A stretch of DNA of 64,000 bases from Bilabrum cf. latius (taxonomy: Eukaryota): the NCBI GenBank assembly GCA_965178125.1, contig OZ237744.1:1240001-1304000 (forward strand). Direction: 5' to 3'. The first letter of the stretch is position 1. Every line of letters begins with the position of its first letter. The notes beneath the pieces were generated by a model, which made no database searches, had not been told where the DNA came from, and saw only the letters and a list, made by a program, of their open reading frames with translations. Below are positions 1 through 12,000 of this stretch, piece by piece. Position numbers and translations under genes: made by a program.

Positions 1-3000
1 CAGCTGCCTCTCCTGGCCCTGCGGATGGAGCCCAAGGACGTGAGGAGCAAGCTGGCGCCAGAGGTGGTGGAGCTGCTCGCAGACGAAGAGCCCGCCGTGA
101 TCGTGGCGGCCATGCGGGCTAGCCTGGTTCTCGCCCCCATGCTGCCCCCCGGGGACAGGCGCACCCGGCTGCTGCCCGCGCTCTGCCTCCTGCTTGACGC
201 CGCGAGGGTGCCCACCCGGGTGGTGGCCCAGCCCGCCTCCCCCGCGGCGACCAGTCTGTTCGCCTCCCCAGCCGGCGCGCGGGAGGCGAAGAGGGACCGG
301 CTGAGGGCGAGGTCGCAGGGCATGGGCGGCGGGGCGGGGAGCGGCAGCGGCGGCGGCGGTGGGGCCGGTAAGGGGAGCAGCGGGGGCGCGGGAGGGTCCG
401 GCGGGGGCTCGTCCAAGAGCAGCGGCGGTGGGGCGGGGGGAGATAAAGGGGGGAAAGGGGGTGGGGGGGCTCCCGTGGGTGTGACTGCCGGGGGATCCCA
501 GATCTAGGTCCTACCTCCCGCGCTGGGCTCCCCCGAGGCCGCCGCGGTGTGGTCTGCCTCTGCCTCTGGATCGGCGACGAGTAGCTGGGGGGCCTCTGCG
601 CCGGACCCTGCGGACTACGCTGATGTGTCTGCCGGGGAGCCAGCGCTGGATGGTGGCAAGCGTGACCTGCTGCGGAACTGCCTGGCGCTGGAGTGCCCTC
701 GCCTGCTGCGGCTCTTTCACGCCCTGGGCGACCTGCAGGACCACGACCTGGGGGAGAGGGAGGGGGGTGATGGAGGAGATGCAGATGGAGAGGGGCCAGG
801 GAACAAGGTGAAGCGGGCCGCGGGTCAGAGACGCAGCAGCAGCGCGCACGATTCGCTTTCGGAAGCGGCGCGTCGGGCGAGGGAAGAGGTCGGGGAGGAG
901 GACGCGGACCAGCAGGTGGTGGGGCTGGCCATGGGCGGCTCCGCATCCCCTTCCCCGACGGCCGACATGATGATGATCGGCAGGGCTGTCGGTGCACCCT
1001 CCACGCCCCCGCCTCGACTCGCGGTGTCAACAGCGGTGGATGCAACCGTGCCAGCGTTCGCGTCACCCGCGGTACCCACCCCTGCGGGCATGATGGTGGC
1101 GCTGCTGCAGAGCCCAGAGGCCGGTGGGGCGGGGGCAGGGAGCGGCAGGCAAGTAGGAGCATCATCGCTGCCACCCTCCGCAAGCACCACTGCCCCCACA
1201 AGCGTCCCTTCCCAGTCGTCCTCCAGAGGGCCCAGCGGACTCAGCTTCAGGTCCCTGCTGGGCTTCTACATGTCTCTGACCAGGCATCCCGCCCGCAGGA
1301 TACGTGCCCTCTGCGCATGGGCGCTCCCTGCCTTCGCGGAGACCATGCGAAACAGCAGGCGGCTGGTGCCCCTCGTGCAGTCGGTGGTGCAGCGGCTGGG
1401 CTTCGACCAGGACCCCAGCGTCAGGGCAGCGGCGCTGCAGGCCATCGTGCCCGTGCTGGCGCATATCGGGGGCACTGCGGGCGCGGCCTCGCTGCAGTCT
1501 CCCCTCGCCATGGCACTGACAGACGATGCGCACGTCGTGCTCAACACGGCACTGGATTCGGTACACCTGTGGCTCCCCGCCATTGTTCCCCCGCTACCAG
1601 GGGGACCCGCGGCGCAGCTGCTGCCGGGGCACTGGCACGGGGCCCGGGAGGGCCTGCTGCACCCGCTGCTGTCTCTCCTCGGGGAACACATGCACCGCAG
1701 CAGGGTCGTGCTCAGCTGGAGGAGGCAGCTGCGCGTGCTGGTGGCGCTCAGGCACGTGGCATGCCTGCACCCCTCCCCGGACGTGCACGCGCTACTGCTG
1801 GCCCTCCTGGACAGGGGCCTCTCGGTGGCCGCCACGGCCGGGCTGCAGGCCAGGGCAGCGCACACGCTCGTGTGGATGGCCCGATTTGCCCCCTGCGGGC
1901 AGCTGCGGGCCGGCTTGGAGCAGACGATCCACCACCTGGTTGTTCTTTCGGAGGAGCCTCGGCTCAGGGCGCTGCTGGGTGAGATGGCTGGAGCCGCGTG
2001 CTGGCTGCACTCCCGGCGGGCCGTGTCCTCCGCCTACGTGCCCGCGCTCATCAACCAGCTGCTGGACGATGCCGCGCCACGGGTCAGGCGATCAGCGGCC
2101 TCGGCGCTAGGCTGCATCGGACCGTGGCTCTCGGCCGGGGCAGGTGACCCCGCAGTGGGGCAGGCCCTCGCGGATGTGCGAGCGGCTCTGCATGGAGGCG
2201 CGCAGGACGAGAAACAGGCGGTGGCGGCAGCTGCCCGTCGCGCGATGGATGCAATGACCAAAGGCGGGGGTGGGCCTGCTTCAGGGGGGGCTGCCTCCTC
2301 CTCCTCCTCGTCCTCCTCGTCTCTGGTCGCGGAGGCAGGTGTCCTGCGCGGGGTGGAAGGCCTGGCTCTCGTGGGGTTCCGCTCGATTCCGCAGGGCAAC
2401 GCCGAGGCCGCCACGAGCATGTCAGCGAGCCAGCAGGCGGCCAAGAGGGCCGCAGCTGCCTCTGAGCTGGGGCCTGGGGGGTCCCAATGGTCTGCATTCG
2501 AGGGCAGCCCGTTCGCTGACCCCGTACTGGGGAAGGGACCCCTGGGGGCAGGGCCCCCGGGTTCACCCATCTCCCGGCGAGGTGGTCCCAAGACTTCTCC
2601 CCCGCTGGCTCTCGCGGAGCAGGCAGCGGCGCGCGGGGGCCAGCCCTTCCTACCCTCGGCGTCTGCTATCGCGGGGGCCGGGGCCTTCCGCACTAGCCAA
2701 TCGGGTGGGGGCGGGGCCCAGGGCCAGATGCCTCCACCTGCCACCGCAGTGTACCTTGCGATGGGCCCTCGCCCAGGCCCTACCACCCCCAAAGGGACGA
2801 CCACGAAATGGGGGGAACAAGCCTAGGGGCAGGGGCAGGGGCGAAGTGCATCGCCCCGGCCCCACTCGGGACCTGTGCATGCAGCCGCAGTCGCGGGCGG
2901 TGGCGAGCCCAGCACTCCAGGCGGAAGCAACGCCGCAGCCCGTTTGTTCCCTGCGGTGGTGCTGCCCGTGGTAGGCCCTCCGCCGCCGAGAAGGGGCAAA

Positions 3001-6000
3001 AGAAGAGCCTCTGTGCACGGGTCCCCCTTGGCGGACAGGAGCTATGGCGGCTTGGACGCGAAAGGCCCGGGTTCAGAAGGGCCCGACGGTGGGGGTGCGG
3101 GTGGGGACGGGGACGCAGAGGGCGGCAGGCCCAGCAGGGGGCGTCGAAGAGAAGGAGGTAGGGGATCCGCTGCCTCGGGGGAGGGGGGTCCTCCTCCTCC
3201 TGCCCTCTCTGCCCTCGCTGGCGACATCGCGGGGCAGGCGTCTGGGTCTGGGTCTGGAGCTCCATCCAGAGTTGCTTCGGCGGCACTGGGTCAGGGAGGT
3301 GCTACAAGGAGGCTAGGCTCCGGCGGGAGGGCTTCCTAGTCCTCTGCTGGGCTGGCGAGCACCCTAGGTGTGCTAGAGCGGCTGGGGCACGAACAGGAGC
3401 AGTTGAGCGCGAGCGCCGGGGGCTCGCTGGGAGATGGAGCTGATGGCGGGGACAGCAGCAGCAGCAGCAGCAGCAAGCAGGCAGTGCTCCTCAGTTTCGC
3501 CAGCATGCCAGCCGCCGAGTACCTCGCCCGCCACGGAGCGTTCAGGGCGAGCTTGCTAGAGACTGCAAGCGGGTGGGCGTGCTGCGGGGACCTCCCCTGG
3601 ATGCCTGGGGGGCACATCTCTGCGGGCGCGATCGAGGACGGTGCCGTCGCCAGTGGGAGTGGCAGGCCTGCTGGGGCCCGATCCAGGTGGATTCCCGCCC
3701 ATTCAAGCGAGGAGGAGTCGGCTCGGGTGCGGGCCGAGGCGGTGCTGGCGGAGGGCAAGCAGGCGGAGGACGAGGCGAGGAGGAGGAGGGCGATCGAGCT
3801 CAAGCGGGAGCAGCTGAGGAGGGCGCAGGAGAAGACCGGGCACGCGGGGTCCGGTCTGCTGGGAGGCCGAAGCAGGCACGCCAGCGGGCCGGTGCGGTCG
3901 GATGCGGCTGCGCTAGGAAGTCGAGCGGGGCGCGGGCCGGATGGGGTGGGGCGCATCGGGGGGATCGGGCTGGTGGGGGATGGGGTGCTTGACTTCGCCA
4001 AGATGGTGCTGCTGGATGCTCAGCGGGTGCTGCAGGCGGGGGCAGGCTACAAGTACGACGGCCCGGCAGTACCGAACAGAAACCAAGGCAAGGACCAAGG
4101 CAAGGGTCAGGGCTAGAGGGACGACGGCAAGGCGAAGGGCGGGCCGGTGCTGGGCGGGGGGTCCTCTCGACTCCCAGCCGAGGCCCGCACGGTGTCCTCC
4201 GTGCTCACCTGCGGGGCAGGGGTGGTGGACCTGCTGGGGCACGCGCTGGGGCTAGGCAGCAGCTCAGCCCAGATGGAGAGCGCTGCGGAACACGCGGCGG
4301 CACGGCTGACTGCCGCGGCGAGCTCCGCGGGTCTGGACCTTTCCGACCTCGGACTGTCAGGGGAAGGGGGAGGGGGAGGGACCGGCCATGGGGCGGGTGT
4401 GACCATGGGCAGGCGCCAGGCCAGCTGGAGGCGGCGGCAGGGGTCGTCTCTCACGCTGTCGCCCATGCCCGGGGGCCTCTACTGCTCGGCAGACGGGAGC
4501 AGGTCTGCCCTTGGGAGGGGCTCTAGGGGAGAGGCCCGGCGCAGGGGAGATTTCCTGAGCTCGTATAGGCCCGGGGCACAGGCAGAAAGGGAGAGGCACC
4601 GGCGGGAGGGCTCATCGGGCGAGTCTGGAGCTGGCCGCAGCGCTAGTCCGGTGGGTGCGGGAGGGGAGGGGTCCTCTAGGCGGGCAGGGAGCTCCCAGGG
4701 GAGGAGGGCGGCGGGCGGGAGCGGTGCAGCGGGGCCGAGTCCGGGCACGAGCCCCGCGCGGAGCAGGGCCAATTCACACGGCGCCCGAGGGAACAGTGGC
4801 GCGGGAGGCGCGGGGGCCCTGGGGAGGCTCGTAGGTGGTCGCATGGCCGCGAGCCAGCTGAGAGGCGCGCGATCGGGAGCGGTTGCGGGGAAGCGATCTG
4901 GCGGTCTTCGCCTGGCCCGGGCCCTTGGAGCGGCGCGGTTGGGCGGGCAGCAGGAGGGCGGGGTTGGGGGCGCGTAGGAACAGCCTGTCGTCTCGGACGC
5001 AGATGCGGGAGCAGGTGCAGGTGCAGGTGCAGATGCAGATGCAGCTAGCTTGGTGAGCGAGGGGGCCGGGTCAGACGCGGATGCAGCGGCCAGGCCTGCA
5101 GCCGGAGGGCACCGGCAGGGAGGTAGGCTCGGGGGCGGGCTGCGGCTGCGACCCGAGGCAGGATCACGGCGGGCAGGCTCAAGGCGAAGCTTGAGCTAGA
5201 GTGCTAGTTTCTCCATGGGCAGTGGCAGCTTCTCAGATGCCGTGGGGATCGTGGTTAGCAGAAGCAAGGGGTCGGACGGGGTGGATGTGGCCCATGCAAG
5301 CTCCGAGGTGCGAGGTGACGGCCCAGCCGCTGGTGCTGAGGGTGGCCAAACTGGTAGCAGTGGTGCTAACGGTGCGCCCGGGGCGGCCGCGTCGGAAGGT
5401 GGTCGCATCATGCGTCGAGGACTGCTGGGGAGCCAGCGCGGGGCAGTGCGAAAGCTAGGCAGGATCGGGTCTGGCAGTCGGGCACCCAGTGGCGGCCTGC
5501 GGGACAGGTGGGGCCGGCATGCGCACCTGGGGCACGGGCACGTGGTCTCAGATGGCGGCCGGCCGGTGATTCACCGAGCAAGCACCACTGGCGCGTCAGC
5601 TTCAGCGTCCAGATCCTCGGCAGGGTCTCACAGCGTGTCGGGGGGGGTCGGGGTCGCTACGGGTAGCGTGGAGAACACTCGTGGAGGAGCAGGAGGAGAA
5701 GGGCAAGGACAAGGAGGGTAGGGTCAGGACGTGCTGGCCGGCCTCTCCGGTCTTGCTCGGGGCCGTGGCCAGGCTCCACACTCCGCGAGAGAGATGGGGC
5801 CCCGCCTGTCGATGGCGCAGCGCATGGACAAAGAGGCAAAGGTGGCTGCAGGGGCAAGGGCAGCGGCACAGGCTGGTGCTTCTTCCCGAGGACCCGGAGC
5901 ATCCAAGGTTCTCGGTGGCGGATTGCCGCTGGCGTCACCGCCGCCGAAGGGGGATGCGCTGGACGCTGAGATGGCGGCAGTGGCTCAGGGTGGCCCGTTG

Positions 6001-6240
6001 TCTGCCCCTGTCAAGGGGGCCTCGGGCCGCACTGGGACCGGTCGACTTGGTGGTGCAAGAGGGCACCGGTCGACAGTGGGTGCTGATGCAGATGGGACCA
6101 GTTCGCCCTTCGGGGGTGGCTTCGTGCCCGGGACACCTCCAGTTGGCTCGACCGAGAAGTCTGCCATCAGCAGCGCTCGCTCCAACTCGCTGGTGGGCGG
6201 GGGGCATCGAGTGCTAGGGGCAGTAAGGCAGCAGCCGTGA
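1..6240 (+). CDS. HEAT/ARM-repeat protein, protein phosphatase 4 regulatory subunit (PP4R4/PP4R1)-like, with long low-complexity C-terminus; 5' end outside window
   Basis: ORFs starting at 25, 547, 2875, 3370, 4147, 5215 and 5731 share one frame, separated only by TAG (505, 2824, 3337, 4114, 4975, 5197, 5719); ends TGA 6238-6240. HEAT-like motifs: HPARRIRALCAWALPAF, DQDPSVRAAA, LSWRRQLRVL, DAAPRVRRSAA. Confidence 0.65.
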
Positions 6241-6256
6241 CCAGATCTGGAAAGTG

Positions 6257-6340
6257 CCAGTCTTCGAGAAGCGACCAGAGTTGTAGATCCAGAGAGAGGA
6301 GAAGAAGAAGGATCTGGTGGTGGCTGCTAAACCATATCCT
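6257..6340 (+). repeat. 84-bp direct repeat, copy A (non-coding copy of the subtilase 3' end)
   Basis: Matches 13506-13589 without gaps, 7 mismatches in 84 nt. Confidence 0.9.
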
Positions 6341-6579
6341 CCCCCCGCCGGCGCTAAGCGGGGGCGATCGCGAATATCGATGGACCGCAAGCAGCACAGC
6401 TTCCCCGCAGAGGAGCAGTTCAGCTTGCGGGGCCCATACCGTGGGCTCGCTGATCCGTTTGTCCTGCCCAATGCATTTTCTCCCGAACGGTAGTGCGGGC
6501 TTTAACTTGTACACATGTATTCTCTCTCGGTTTGAATCCCATAAATCTATCGTCTCTCTGCTTGGATACCTACCGAAGC

Positions 6580-7992
6580 TTAGCTCAACGCACACACACA
6601 CCCTTCAATGTTCTGTATCGCATCTTTCCTGTCTACTTTATACTCACTCGCTCGGTATATCGCGCGCCTCCGTACCTCGCGAGCCATCGACCGACGCACC
6701 AGCATCGCGCACTCATCGTGCCCATTCCACACTGCTGCCTCCATCGCGTCCCGCGTTGACCCACCCATTTCCACCTTCCTCTCTGCACCGCCTGCCATCA
6801 CTCCCAGCCTCAGACGCTTCGCCAGCTCCAGCGGCCTGCCCTCCGCTGCAGCCCGCCACACAAGCCCCGCGTCCCTTTCGGCCTGCCACGCTGTGCGATG
6901 CTACAGCAACACACCTATGCGCTTGCGACGGTCGTTGAAGGCCCGCAGGCGGGGCAGCAGTGCAGGCATGGCTAGTTCCTGGTTGTGCGATCCGCACAAA
7001 GCTCCCCACCAGAAGTAGACGATGCGCGGGTTGGCCAACACTGCGTCCAGCATCCTGCCAAACTGCCGGTCAGCTTCCTCAGGACGATCCGGATCCATCG
7101 ACGATCCCATTTGCAACGATCGCAATGCCTGATTCTGCCTTATCGCATCGCACAGCAGACCCACGCGACAAACAATTGGCAACCTCCCTGCATGCATATT
7201 ATAATAGAACTTCATGTGCCGGATACTCCTGTTCTCGCGCACGATGCGGGCTCCGCACTCGCCCAAGATCTCATGGACCATTATGTTGCCCGTGTTCGGC
7301 AGAGTGATCCAGCTCATCTCCAGCTGCACCAGCGTGCAGTTCCTACTAAGCGCTTCAGCCCATGCCAGCACTACAGTGTGGTCCACGGTGCACTTCGACA
7401 GGCGGCAGCACTGGATGCTCTTATTGCACCCGATCGCCTCGGCAATGAGACGATTGCTCTTGTACAACTGCTGCCTGGCCTCTGGGGCAGTGGGCCGCTG
7501 TCCGAGCACGTAGTCTATCGTTAGCACCTCCAGACTGCACTGCGGGTCGGCGAGCACTGCATGCAGTGTTTCAGCGAACTCGACGGGTACAAAATTCAGT
7601 CCATCTAGAGTGAGGGCTCGCAGCCTACTCCTGCCACCGGCGTACAGCATGGCAGGCGCCAGGGCGGTCATGGCTCCCGGCTCCCAGCGATCAAAGCTCA
7701 ACTCTAAGCATGCCAGAGGCGGGCTGTCGTCCACTGGATCCATGCAAGCTGATGAGCATAGCAATGATGCTACGCCTGATTCCATGCACTTTGTTTGAAA
7801 TCTCAATGACCGCAGTCTTACGCCATCTGATCCAAGAGCCGATACAAGTTGCACCATATCAGTGTGTTCCATTATTCTCGGTAGCGTCACAATGGAGAAT
7901 CCCGCTTTGACTGCTTTCAGAGCCTCGTCGACGTCATCCCAACTCCCACCGAAGTCTCGCCGCTGGTAGCTGCGCAGTCCTGTGTATGGCGC
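6580..7992 (-). CDS. RNI-like leucine-rich-repeat protein with a C-terminal ankyrin-like repeat; 5' exons uncertain
   Basis: ORF 6901-7890 has RNI/NLRC3-type repeats (AEALSRNCTLVQLEM, DAIRQNQALRSLQM). It reads through TAG 6901-6903 into same-frame ORF 6580-6861 with ankyrin-like LVWRAAAEG...MEAAVWNGHDECAMLV. Ends TAA 6580-6582. Confidence 0.65.
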
Positions 7993-9090
7993 CTACGAGA
8001 AACAGTGAGATATGGTTGACACGACATAATTAGGATTTGCAAGAGACAAAATCTTCACTGTACTGAGCATGGGTTGCGTACATACCAGGAAGTGGAAGTC
8101 GAGCGAAGGTTGGATGTAACCTTCTATCTCCCATGCAAACCTAAACATGACTTTCAAGAAATAGCTCTGGGTTGATACAGTGAAATTCAGCGGGCTAGGA
8201 AGGGAAGTTTTGAACTGCTGTGAAATGAACAGGTGAAAAATGTTAGGGAAAGCCAGAACCAGAATAATTTGTAGGGTAAAGAAACCACACAAAGTAATGT
8301 TATGTGTACACGACTGTCACAACAAAGGCAGTTACTGCCAACGCATTCATAACGTATTGCTTGTTTTTGTAGTTGATGCTCAATGATGAAGCAGGGACGC
8401 GGCTGCGCCAAGGGTTTCCTTTACCGATCACAGGAACTTGTCATCATGAATCAGCGCAAACCATGCAATCACTGCAGTTGCCAAGCTTGGTCATACTTCA
8501 TGATCATCTTATGATAGTGGCATACATAGGTTGGACTTGGAAGACGTGGTTCGTTGCGCCTTGCAGTCGGCAAGTTGGGGAGAGGTGGAATCTAAGTCAG
8601 TTGCACCTTCTCGCAACGGGGTAGTACAATGAAAGGCATATCGCCTCCTGCAGTGTATCTATTACATGGTGAATTCAAGTTGCAAACGGCATTGAATCCA
8701 AGTTGAATTGCTTGATCTGCCATGCATTGGCTAGGATCTCCCTGGCCACGCGGTAGCAACAGGTTCATGCAACTTGTATTCTATTTGATGTGGTTTGAAG
8801 CCGCGTATAAGCAGTACATGACGATTCTTGCAAGCCTTTCTTGCATTCCATACAATCTTGGAGGCGCAGTGCTGCTATCGAGGCTGACTTGGGAACACGA
8901 GCAGAGACGGCTTGTTCCACGGATGAGCTAGTAGCTCGGAAAATGGTACCCGTGATAGCCACGAGCGACATTGAGCTAAGCGATTGTGTCTTGGCGCCGC
9001 GCGGTGCGACCGTCAGACGGAGGTTCCGTTTCTTCGCGACATCGGATGCCAGGGGAGAAAGCTGCGGTCGCGGATCCACAGCCTCCAAGC

Positions 9091-12000
9091 ATGCAGAAAG
9101 CAGCAGTTCTTTGCATCATGACAATGTGCATAGGTGCTTCCATCGGTAACTCAACTTTGTCAGGTCGCGGCAAGGCGAGAAGGCACCGAAAGACGGGCAG
9201 AGATCAGGCAGTTTTGCAATCACAAGGTGAGCAGTAGCGGCGGCACTTTCGCACCTGATCGTCATTTCTCGGCTGCACACTGGATCTGAATATCCAAGTT
9301 TTCATTGGGTGCTGCTTGTCGCCATAAATCTTCTCTCGCAGACCCGAGCGATCCCGTGGAAGGTTCAGGCGCTGCTCCCGCTGGCTCCACGGCGGGAAGC
9401 GGTCCCTCGCATGAGGGGGCTGCTGACTCGCATGACTATTGTGAGCACATGATCTTTCATGTGGATACATTCGACTGGTCCGAGGGGCGGAAGCTGATCG
9501 TGTCTGCCATGCGCACTGATCCCAGGATCGTAGGCAGGCTGCTGGCCGATGCCGCCGGTGGGCTGACAGAGGTCCTCAAGAAGCCCCACGCCCCGCCAGT
9601 GACGCAAGAGGCTCAATCAGACACATCTGAAGTGTCTGCGGTCGGGGATGGTGCTGGTGAAGATACTGAAACGAGTATAGTCGCTCATGGACCCGACTTT
9701 GTCACAACCGCCACCCCTGCTGCCAAGGCAGGGCCACCCAACAGCCGCGACTTTACGGAAGAAAGCAGCATTGTCGAGGAAGCGCGTTTTCTTGCCGCCC
9801 GGAGGCCGGACGACGACTCTGCCACGACCCCCCCCACCACCACCAGCGGTACCGGCCGTACCGACCTGTGCACGTCCAAGGCCGCTGCCGTGCTGGCCCA
9901 GGGCAGGGGCAAGGCGGCCCGGGGCGTGCTCGAGCCTCTCTGCTGGATCTAGGCTGGCATCTAGTCATTCCTGGCTGAGTCAAGAGACGGGCCTGACAGC
10001 GATATTGGTCGCCAGCTCGCCATGGCGGTCGCAGCTGAGGCCCAGCGAGCCGCGGCTGTGTCAACGGGCGTGCTGCTGGGAAGTCTCCCTGATCTCAAGA
10101 TGACCTTCCAGTACCACCTGAGCATCGGCGGGTACCTTCCGAGCCGCAACACTGTCCACGGCCTCCCGCCGTCATTCAGCCAGGCACTCTTGTCTGAACT
10201 GGCCCGGAATGAGGGTGGAACTCGGGCTGGGGCTGGGGCTGGGTTGAAGTCTGGGGCAGGACTTGCTGGTCTCACGCTGGATGTGGTTCTGAAGGTGCTG
10301 TCAGAGCTGCGTGGGCTGGGTGAAGCAAGCGCTGGCAGCGGCATTTTCATTCCACAGCCAGGGGTGGTTGGCATGGCAGTGTGTACATCTCCTGAGCTTG
10401 CCAAGTCGCTGGAGGAAACCGGAAGCATCGGGAGCATGTATGAGGATCTACCCATGCAGCTCGCCAGCCAACCGGCGCACCTGCGCGGCTCGCCGGACGT
10501 GCATGCTGGTACCAACGATGTCCATGCTCTCCCCCCACGCAACTCCTCTCTTCTGCATCTAGATGCCTTCTCGGCTGCCGGTAGTACTTTGGCTCCACCG
10601 TTGCATGGCGTAGGTGAACCTCAACTGCACGATGCTGGAGCTGCTGTCACTTCCAGTGACGGTGCAGACGAGGATGCAGTGGTAGGAAAACACGGAGGTG
10701 CAGCGTCGGGGTCGGAAGGTGGCTCGTCGAGTGCAGCTGCCCCGTCGGCTGATCAATCGGCTATCTCCCCAGCAGGTCACTCTGGTCCATCATCTGGAGC
10801 TGGCGCTGATCACGGACCTGGAGACAGTGCAGATGTAGCAGTAGGTGGGGCGGCAGCTTGCGCGGAGGATGGTCGCCCTGCTGTGGTTACGGACCGACAC
10901 CAGGTGGTATTCATTCTTGACAGTGGCGTGCACTGTGGCTTCAGCGGGTTCCAATCTAGAGTGGGCGCATTCGACTGGATGGAAAGGGCTCTCTTGGAGG
11001 CCACGGGTGGTCGAGCTGATCAGTCGATGAGCAGAGTCTCAATGGGTGCCTCCATGCAAAGCCCTATCAGCCACAAGACATCCAGATCCAAGAAATTTGA
11101 CGTCGATATTGGTATTGCGTCTAGACCGGCTAACTCAGATGATTTTCATGGGACATCAGTTGCGAACTGTGCATGTGGGGGACAGGATTCCATCATCGTG
11201 CCTGTGCGGATCATAAGCGATCTATGGAACCCCGAGCAAGGTGGCTTGCCATGGGATGAAGAGCACCAGCTTGTCCACCCGCTGCACGGTGCCAAACCTG
11301 ACCCCGGAAGTCTCTTAACTCGTGACAAAGAGGGTAGGACTCAGTAGCAGCGAGCATCGTTTGCCGGCTGGGGACTCGCTGAGATCGTACATATGGCACA
11401 GAAGGTGCGATACACCACAGCTCGCGCAATGGGTGCAAGGTTTCGTCCGGGATCCATGCTTGGTGCAGTCAATATGGCCGTTGGGAATTGGAATGGGAAT
11501 GAGCAGGATAGAGAGGTTGTCGGGGAGGTACGAAGGCCTATTCTCCGGAGGCATGAACTGAGAAGAATCAGAGCCGAGCTGAATCACTTTTCGGGTATTT
11601 TGATGGATGCAGGCTTTGTGCTAGTGGGGGCAGCCGGCAACAACCACATGGATGCTGCTCACACCTACCCATGCAATTGTCCCCACGTCATTTGTGTTGG
11701 ATCCCATGCGAGCCAGGTGGCAGGCCTGGTTCGGATGTCATCGTTCTCGCACTACGGGTCAACAGTTGACATATTTGCCCAAGGAGAGAATATCCAACTG
11801 GTCGACCTTGAGTCGTTGGCGATCAAGGGTGAGACACGAGGAACGTCGTTTGCTGCGCCGCTGGTGACTAGATCCCTAGTGGCCATGGCTGGCAGCCTAG
11901 GAAGAGTTCGAGTTGACAGGGCACTTAAGCTCCTGCAGGCCAACAACGAGGAAGCGGAGCTGGCCGTCGCACAGGATCTCTCTGGCGTATTCAGTGCGGT

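Noticed and set aside
8000-9090. Short ORFs upstream of the LRR gene
   Set aside because: May include the LRR gene's 5' exons, but no consistent splice model could be built.
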